The notes beneath the pieces were generated by a model. It saw only the letters and a list, made by a program, of their open reading frames with translations, did no database searches and had not been told where the DNA came from. This document shows, one piece after another, positions 24,626-30,714 of a DNA stretch of 30,714 nucleotides. The stretch comes from a virus (lineage: Duplodnaviria; Caudoviricetes). The stretch lies in the IMG/VR virus record IMGVR_UViG_3300005611_000139, positions 1 through 30,714 of that record; one strand, given 5' to 3'. Position 1 is the first letter of the stretch; the number at the start of each line of letters is the position of its first letter. The translations under genes were made by a program, and so were the position numbers.

Positions 24626-25147
24626 ATGAGTAAACGGGGCAGAATACCAAAGCAGGCGGAACTTAAAACCGGCCATAGAGATAATAATTTACAAGTACTT
24701 AAAGGCGGTGCCGAGTTTCCTAAACCTAAAGCACGCCACCAATGGTTAGCTAGTACCCGGCGTAATTGGAAAAATTATTGGGATAGCGAGCTTAGTAGTA
24801 CGGCGCAAGCAGTTGATCTACCCGCTTTTTATAGATTATTTCAATTTTACGACGCGGTAGAGCGCGCTAATCGTATGGTGTTAAAAATGGGTAATAAAGG
24901 TTTATTAAGTGTAGGTAGTCAAGGCCAACCAAAAGTTAACCCGCTTATAGACTTAACGGTTAAATTAGAGCCTAGTATTTTAAAACTAGAACAAGAACTT
25001 GGCCTAACACCTTTAGCCCGCCAACGTTTAGGTATAGCTTTCGGCGAAGCTCAAATAGGTTTTAAACAATTACAAGAATATTTAAAAGATGATGAGATAG
25101 AAACAGTAGATCCTCGTATTTTATTAGATCAACTAGAAGAAGAATAA
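24626..25147 (+). CDS. terS: Terminase small subunit (P27 family)
   Basis: RGRIPK N-terminus; G...KVNPL....ELGLTPLARQRL. Confidence 0.85.
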   Translation: MSKRGRIPKQAELKTGHRDNNLQVLKGGAEFPKPKARHQWLASTRRNWKNYWDSELSSTAQAVDLPAFYRLFQFYDAVERANRMVLKMGNKGLLSVGSQGQPKVNPLIDLTVKLEPSILKLEQELGLTPLARQRLGIAFGEAQIGFKQLQEYLKDDEIETVDPRILLDQLEEE

Positions 25148-25275
25148 TGACTTTAAGTAATAAGTCGGGCGAAGATTTAGTTAGATGTAAAGAGTGTGGC
25201 GATTACTTTTATTCATTTAACGGTAAATTAAAATTATGTTTTTGGTGCGATACTAAATTAACAGAGGAAGAATAA
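25147..25275 (+). CDS. 42-aa zinc-ribbon peptide
   Basis: CKEC...CFWC; TAATG coupling on both sides. Confidence 0.65.
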   Translation: MTLSNKSGEDLVRCKECGDYFYSFNGKLKLCFWCDTKLTEEE

Positions 25276-26720
25276 TGACTAAAGAGTTACCTAAAACTAA
25301 AGGGGCGCGGGTAGTTAAGTTTATTGAAAAATTTTGTGTACACGGCGAGGGCGACTTCTTCGGCGAGCCGTTTAAATTAGATAATTGGCAAAAAGCAATT
25401 ATTTATGAACTATATGAAGTTAATAGTAATAATAGCCGTAAGTACCGCGAGGCTCTTATCGGTTTACCGAAAGGAAACGGCAAGACCGCTTTAGCAGCAG
25501 CTATAGGTTTATACGAGCTTTTAGGTAGCGGGGTAACTAGCCCTTTAGTAGCGGTAGCAGCAGCTAGTTACGAACAAGCTAACTTAGTTTTTGGAACTAT
25601 GAAAGTTATGTGTGAGGAAAGTATCTTTTTAAAAGATATGGTCGAAACATTTGAAAACGAAATACAAGTTAAAAATAGTCCGGGTAGGGCTTATAGAGTT
25701 GCAGCTAAAGCAGGAACGGCCGACGGCGGACGTAATAGTTGCCTTATAGCAGATGAAATACACGAGTGGGCAAACATAAACCAAGAGCGCGTACATTATG
25801 TACTAAGTAATAACACCGCTAAACGTAAAGACGGTTTAGTACTTAATATAACTACCGCCGGTTATAACTTAGATAGCCTAGCGGGTAGGTTATACCAACG
25901 TGGATTAAAAAAAGAAACCGGCGAAAGCGATGATCCGGAATATTATTTTAAATGGATAGGCGCTAAAGAGGGCGATAACTACGAAGATCAAAAAACGTGG
26001 GTAGATGTAAACCCGGCAATTAAAAATGATTGGTGGCCTTTAGAAAACCTTAACCGTAGATTTAAAAGCTTACCATTACACGAGTTCCAACGTTACCATT
26101 TAAACCAATGGACGCGTACGGAAGAAGAAAGTTGGCTACCGCCTAACGCTTGGGATAATTGTACGGGCGAAGTTGTATTTAACCCGGACGCCGAAACTTA
26201 TGTTGGGGTTGATATGGCGCTACACCACGATAGCGTAGCTATAGTACACGGCCAAAAAGATAAAACCGGTAAAATTATTTTAGATAGTAAAATTTGGCAC
26301 CCGGACGATTACGACGTAATAGATATACAAGCAGTAGAGCGTTACATATTAGATTTATGTAAAGAGTTTAACGTAAAAGAAGTAGCATACGACCCGGCTT
26401 TTTTTGAACGTAGCGCGCAGATACTTTTAGATAATGGCGTGCCTATGGTTAACTTTCCGCAAAGCCACGCCCGTATGGTTCCTGCGTGCGGAAACGCTTA
26501 TGATTTAATAGTAAATAATAAAGTTATACATAACGCAACGGCTACATTTACCGACCAAGTTTTATCCGCCGCACAAAAAGTAACGGATAGCGGTTGGCGA
26601 CTTAGTAAAGGTAGATCAAAAAGAAAAATAGACGGTGCTATAGCTATGGTAATTATGTTAGATAGAATTACGGCGCCGGTTGTTGATACCGAGCCACCGG
26701 TAGCTATAATTAATTTATGA
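25275..26720 (+). CDS. terL: Terminase large subunit
   Basis: L.NWQ, PKGNGKT (Walker A), IADEIHE (Walker B), ITTAG, GVDMA..D, KIDGAIA. Confidence 0.96.
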   Translation: MTKELPKTKGARVVKFIEKFCVHGEGDFFGEPFKLDNWQKAIIYELYEVNSNNSRKYREALIGLPKGNGKTALAAAIGLYELLGSGVTSPLVAVAAASYEQANLVFGTMKVMCEESIFLKDMVETFENEIQVKNSPGRAYRVAAKAGTADGGRNSCLIADEIHEWANINQERVHYVLSNNTAKRKDGLVLNITTAGYNLDSLAGRLYQRGLKKETGESDDPEYYFKWIGAKEGDNYEDQKTWVDVNPAIKNDWWPLENLNRRFKSLPLHEFQRYHLNQWTRTEEESWLPPNAWDNCTGEVVFNPDAETYVGVDMALHHDSVAIVHGQKDKTGKIILDSKIWHPDDYDVIDIQAVERYILDLCKEFNVKEVAYDPAFFERSAQILLDNGVPMVNFPQSHARMVPACGNAYDLIVNNKVIHNATATFTDQVLSAAQKVTDSGWRLSKGRSKRKIDGAIAMVIMLDRITAPVVDTEPPVAIINL

Positions 26721-26860
26721 ACATTAATAATATGACAACGTTAGCCGAAGTTATAGGCGCCGGCCTTATAATTTACGGTGTATATACATTTAGTATCGGT
26801 TTAGCTACCATAGTTGCCGGTGCGTTTTTAATAATAGGAAGTTATTTAGTGAGTAGATGA
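26717..26860 (+). CDS. Small two-TM membrane protein between terL and portal (47 aa)
   Basis: ATGA overlaps at both ends; VIGAGLIIYGVYTFSIGLATIVAGAFLIIG. Confidence 0.7.
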   Translation: MNINNMTTLAEVIGAGLIIYGVYTFSIGLATIVAGAFLIIGSYLVSR

Positions 26861-28071
26861 GTTTATTTAATCGTGAAAAAAGAGACGCTGCTTTAGGTAA
26901 TTTAACCGATCTTTTACAACTTAGAGAGGGCGGGCTTTACAACTATACCGGCGAAAAAGTTAATGAAAAGAGCGCTTTAGGTATAAGCGCCGTATTAAGT
27001 GCAATATCTTTAATAGCAGATAGTATCAGTATTTTACCTATAAAAACTATTAGATACGACGGTAATAAGAAAGTTTTTACAGAAAAACCTAAGATATTTG
27101 AAAAACCTAACGCCAACCAAACTATTTTTGAAGTTATACACCAAGTTATTACTAGTTTATTAATGCACGGTAACGCTTTTATTTTAATAGATAGAGATAG
27201 ACAAGGTAGGCCTATAGCTATGACGCCTATACATAGTGATCGGGTAGTCGTAGAAATGCACGGCGGAGTTAAAACTTACGTTATAGGTACTAATAGTAAT
27301 AAACGTTCTTTAACAGATGAAAATATATTACACCTTAAATGGTTTAGCTATCCCGGTAACTTAGTAGGTATAAGCCCGTTACGAGTTAACGGTAATACTT
27401 ACGGTTTAGCTTTAGCTATGGAACGACACATAAGCCAATATTATGGGCAGGGTGGAACGCCTAGTAGCATATTAGAAACCGATAGAGATTTAACTAGCGA
27501 GCAAGCTAAATATTTACAAGAAAATTGGACACTTAACCATAATAGAAATAGAAAACCGGCCGTACTTACCGGCGGTTTAAAATGGAAATCTATTAGCGCG
27601 GGCGCGGGTAACGAACTTATAGACGCTAGAGATCAAATAGTAAACGAGGTAGCCCGTATATTTAGGGTACCGGCTCATTTAATACTTAGTAAAGACGGTA
27701 GTAACGTTTATAGCAATATAGAGAGTAACGGCCTAGCTTTTATTAGACATACTTTATTGCCTTACATAAGGCGCATAGAGGACGGCCTAACTACTTTATT
27801 ACCGGGCAGGCAAATGGTTAAATTAGATACGGAAGAATACGCGCGCGGTGATCTATTTAGTAGAGTACGTACTTACCAAGTAGCTATATCTAGTGGTTTA
27901 ATGACACCTAACGAAGCCCGTACTAAATTAGACTTAGAGCCTTACGAGGGTGGCGATAGTTTCTACTTAGGATTACAGGGCGCCGCAGTAGACCCTAGTA
28001 TTCCTCCTTTAGGTAGCGACGAACACGACCCTAAAAAAGATTTACTAAACCCGGAAATACAAGATGATTAG
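26857..28071 (+). CDS. Portal protein, HK97 family
   Basis: PN..QT..E, LLMHGNAF, ILHLK, GISPL, ARIFRVP.HL, SNIE, MTPNEAR..LDLEP.EGGD. Confidence 0.96.
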   Translation: MSLFNREKRDAALGNLTDLLQLREGGLYNYTGEKVNEKSALGISAVLSAISLIADSISILPIKTIRYDGNKKVFTEKPKIFEKPNANQTIFEVIHQVITSLLMHGNAFILIDRDRQGRPIAMTPIHSDRVVVEMHGGVKTYVIGTNSNKRSLTDENILHLKWFSYPGNLVGISPLRVNGNTYGLALAMERHISQYYGQGGTPSSILETDRDLTSEQAKYLQENWTLNHNRNRKPAVLTGGLKWKSISAGAGNELIDARDQIVNEVARIFRVPAHLILSKDGSNVYSNIESNGLAFIRHTLLPYIRRIEDGLTTLLPGRQMVKLDTEEYARGDLFSRVRTYQVAISSGLMTPNEARTKLDLEPYEGGDSFYLGLQGAAVDPSIPPLGSDEHDPKKDLLNPEIQDD

Positions 28072-28318
28072 CGAAAGTTTTACTATTGCACCCGATACGG
28101 CTAGTAAAATACTAGATAGTCAAAACTTTGAGCAACATATTTATATTCATAATAACCACTCAAATAAAATGTATATAGGCGGTAGTAACGTAACGGCTAG
28201 TAACGGTTTACATTTAGATAATGGCGAAATGATTGAAATTAGAGTACCGCAAGATAATGAGTTATACGCTATAAGCGAAAGTACTACCGGCGATATTTCT
28301 ATACTAAGACCTAGATAA
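28064..28318 (+). CDS. Small beta-rich hypothetical (head module)
   Basis: YIGGSNVTASNGL.L..GE...LYAI pattern; coupled to neighbours. Confidence 0.7.
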   Translation: MISESFTIAPDTASKILDSQNFEQHIYIHNNHSNKMYIGGSNVTASNGLHLDNGEMIEIRVPQDNELYAISESTTGDISILRPR

Positions 28319-30021
28319 TGCCCTATTATATTTCAATGGAACACCCGGATTGTCCGAACGGCCACGCGGTAGTTAAAGAAGAAAACGACGAATTAATTAC
28401 TTGCCACGAAACACACGAGGACGCAGAAAAACATTTAACCGCCCTTAATATAGCTATGGCAGAAGAAGAAAAAAATAGTGATCTAGTAGCAGAAACTAGA
28501 GCAGTAGATTTAACCGCACCGGCTTTTATGAAAAAGAATATGCAACGCGGTTTAGATAACTTAAATAGAGCGGGCGACGGCTTAACACCTAAAACTATAA
28601 GGGACGCTAGAAGTATTATTAGTAGCGGTAAGGTAAGCCCGGCTAAAGTAAAGTTAATGTATGCTTGGCACGCTCGACATTTAAGTGATTTAAAACGAGA
28701 AAAAAGCAACCCTAACGATAGCGACACTTGGCGCGCTAGCGATGTTGCGTTTTTATTATGGGGTAGTAATCCGTGGACGGCGCCTACGCAAGCAGGCGAT
28801 TGGGCTAAAAGAAAATTAGATCAACTAGCTAACGAGGAAAGAAGTTTAGATAAAAGAGCGCCTAGCGACCCTAGTACGCCGGCACCTAAAGAGGATCAAA
28901 TAGAGGGTAGCAAGAAAAACCCTAAAGGAAGTGCTACCGGTAAAAGTAATAATATTAAATTTAACGACGCTACTTTAAAAGCTATACAAACTATCGTAGA
29001 TAACCATAATGAAGAAGTTAAAGATATGTCTAGTTGGCGTAAATTACGTGTACCTACGGCTAAAGCAGTTGTACGTAGGGGCTTTGGTGCTTATAGTACT
29101 TCGCATAGGCCGGGCGTTAGTAGGCAAGCGTGGGGTTTAGCTAGATTAAAAGCTTTTAGTTATTTATTAAAAAATGATCGGCCTAAAAATTCTAACTATA
29201 GGGGCGATAATGATTTACTACCCGAAAGCCACCCACGTTTTAGCGGTAAGGAAGAAAAAAGCAACAATTTTTATGACATTAAAGGCGACGCTATGACAGT
29301 TACCACTAAAATACTTAATAAGCGAAGTAGGATTAGTTCATATATGAAAGAAAAAGAAAATAGAAGTTTTAGTTTAGCTAACGTAGAAATAAGAGAAAAA
29401 GAGGACGATAAATTTACTTATAGCTTTAGCGGTTACGCAAGCGTATTTAATAAACCGTATGGCGTAAGAGATAGTAAAGGCGCATATACCGAAACAATTA
29501 AACCGGGCGCATTTAAAAAGACTTTACAAGAACAAGATGACGTTAGATTTTTAATTAACCACGACGGAATACCGTTAGCGAGATCAAGTAGCGGTACTTT
29601 AAAATTAGAAGAAGATGACTACGGCCTATTTGTTGAGTGCGAGCTAGACCCGGCTAACCCTAAAGTTGCCGAAGTTGCAAGCGCTATGAAACGCGGGGAT
29701 CTAAACGAAATGAGTTTTGCTTTCGCAGCAGTACGCGATGACTTTGACGGCGAAAAAAGAGATGTACAAGAAGTTAGATTATTCGACGTAAGCGTAGTTA
29801 CTTACCCGGCTAATAGTTACGCCGGCGCTACATTACGTGGGCTAGATATATCCGAAAACTTAAAAGAGCTAGTCGAAAGTCGTAATAGTGAAAAAGCAGT
29901 AGAAGTTTTAGAGCAAATTATAAATTCTTTAGATGAAAATAAAGATGAAGATAAGCGCTCTAAAAGCAACCCTAAATTAGAAGTCTTAAAATTAAAGATG
30001 AAAAAAGACGGGTTGTTATAA
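28318..30021 (+). CDS. Prohead maturation protease (HK97/S78 type) with ~340-aa multidomain N-terminal extension
   Basis: C-terminal FSGYASVFN..ETIKPGAF..LINHD..LAR..GTLKL..D.YGL..MSFAF..LFDVSVVTYPA. Confidence 0.9.
   Translation: MPYYISMEHPDCPNGHAVVKEENDELITCHETHEDAEKHLTALNIAMAEEEKNSDLVAETRAVDLTAPAFMKKNMQRGLDNLNRAGDGLTPKTIRDARSIISSGKVSPAKVKLMYAWHARHLSDLKREKSNPNDSDTWRASDVAFLLWGSNPWTAPTQAGDWAKRKLDQLANEERSLDKRAPSDPSTPAPKEDQIEGSKKNPKGSATGKSNNIKFNDATLKAIQTIVDNHNEEVKDMSSWRKLRVPTAKAVVRRGFGAYSTSHRPGVSRQAWGLARLKAFSYLLKNDRPKNSNYRGDNDLLPESHPRFSGKEEKSNNFYDIKGDAMTVTTKILNKRSRISSYMKEKENRSFSLANVEIREKEDDKFTYSFSGYASVFNKPYGVRDSKGAYTETIKPGAFKKTLQEQDDVRFLINHDGIPLARSSSGTLKLEEDDYGLFVECELDPANPKVAEVASAMKRGDLNEMSFAFAAVRDDFDGEKRDVQEVRLFDVSVVTYPANSYAGATLRGLDISENLKELVESRNSEKAVEVLEQIINSLDENKDEDKRSKSNPKLEVLKLKMKKDGLL
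29273..29312 (+). promoter_or_regulatory. Putative internal late promoter ATGACAT-N27-TAAAAT
   Basis: Same spacing as the other copies; lies in the linker just upstream of the protease domain (in-frame ATG 29344). Confidence 0.55.
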
Positions 30022-30091
30022 GACGTAACGCCGGGTACATACCCACCTTACGCATTAAGTACAAGCAGAATAAAAACGAGGAATAATTAAA

Positions 30092-30714
30092 TTGAAAAAA
30101 TTAATCGAATTAAGGGACGCTAAAGCTGAAGAACTTAATGGCCTAGTTTCCGAAATGGACGAAATGGACGCCGGCGAAGAATTCGACGGGAAAATGGAAA
30201 GATCCAACGCTTTAATGGAAGAAATTAAAGAGCTAGACGAAAAAATTAAGGCTGACGCAGATATGCGCGCTACCCTTAAAGAAGTAGAGGAAAGCAGAAA
30301 GTCTTTAGAAATTAAAGATGAAGATATTTCCGAAACCCGTATGGAAGTTAAAGAGCCTGATATGTACCGTAAAGGTGGGGAAAACTCATTTTTCGCAGAT
30401 ATGTACCAAGCAAAATTTAATTCTGACTACGACGCACAAAAAAGATTGTCCGACCACCAAGAATTCTCAAAAAGAGATGTTGGTACAGGCGCTTTTACAG
30501 GATTAGTAGTCCCTCAGTACCTAGTAGAAGATTACGCACCACTTGCAAGAGCGGGCGCTAACTTTTACAACGCAGTACCAAAAAGAGAATTACCTGCTTT
30601 TGGAAATAAAGTAGAAATATCAAGAATTACTACCGGATCAGCCGCAGCTGAACAAGCTAGCGAAAACTCCGCAGTACAAGAAACAAATATGGACGACACA
30701 CTATTAACAGTTAA
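30092..30714 (+). CDS. Major capsid protein, N-terminal part (delta/scaffold coiled coil); runs through the junction to 783
   Basis: GAGGA RBS with TTG start at 30092; open frame MKKLIELRDAKAEELNG...GLVVPQYL; in frame with position 1. Confidence 0.9.
   Translation, partial: MKKLIELRDAKAEELNGLVSEMDEMDAGEEFDGKMERSNALMEEIKELDEKIKADADMRATLKEVEESRKSLEIKDEDISETRMEVKEPDMYRKGGENSFFADMYQAKFNSDYDAQKRLSDHQEFSKRDVGTGAFTGLVVPQYLVEDYAPLARAGANFYNAVPKRELPAFGNKVEISRITTGSAAAEQASENSAVQETNMDDTLLTV
30638..30714. repeat. 77-nt terminal direct repeat, right copy
   Basis: Identical to 1-77. Confidence 0.95.

Noticed and set aside
7918-28727. Minus-strand ORFs 7918..8100, 14173..14421, 14282..14599, 17911..18360 and 28326..28727
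   Set aside because: They largely or fully overlap motif-bearing + strand genes and have no independent support.
30318-30506. 62-aa + strand ORF from the track
   Set aside because: Out-of-frame overlap within the capsid gene, which starts at 30092.
30638-30714. Terminal repeat as a biological DTR
   Set aside because: It is exactly 77 nt (a common assembly k-mer) and splits the capsid gene. The HNH plus P27 terS plus HK97 module suggests cos ends elsewhere.
1-30714. Alternative genetic code, tRNA genes, integrase/attP
   Set aside because: Standard-code ORFs tile the genome with TAA, TAG and TGA all used as stops. I recognised no cloverleaf or recombinase motifs by eye; tRNAscan-SE would confirm.

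Overview
This window is an apparently complete ~30.6 kb genome of a small AT-rich siphovirus with an HK97-type head module. The first 77 nt are repeated exactly at 30638-30714, so it is a circularised assembly cut inside the major capsid gene. All credible genes lie on the + strand. Gene order: capsid, head-tail, two paralogous tail-tube genes split by a small accessory cassette, tail chaperone (-1 frameshift), tape measure, minor tail, a six-gene paralogous putative host-recognition island, small membrane proteins, metallophosphoesterase, M15 endolysin, holin, early/replication genes (initiator with iterons), WhiB-like regulator, HNH, ParB-methyltransferase, terminase, portal, protease. The WhiB-like gene and likely leaderless promoters point to a low-GC actinobacterial host (inference; marine Ca. 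Actinomarina-like is plausible). I saw no integrase, repressor, DNA polymerase, tRNA or CRISPR array. The most interesting signals are non-coding or compositional. (1) Two conserved 3'-UTR hairpins have YCCCUAA loops complementary to a shared TTACTTAGG(G)AGGTAA ribosome-binding leader of several accessory/early genes, a candidate kissing-loop antisense switch. (2) A promoter motif ATGWCAT-N27-TAAA(A/C)T occurs four times with exact spacing before structural modules. (3) A nearly CG-free 3.4 kb island holds 2x3 paralogous tail genes and ends in a duplicated C-terminal scar. Product calls rest on motif recognition and synteny only; no database searches were run.
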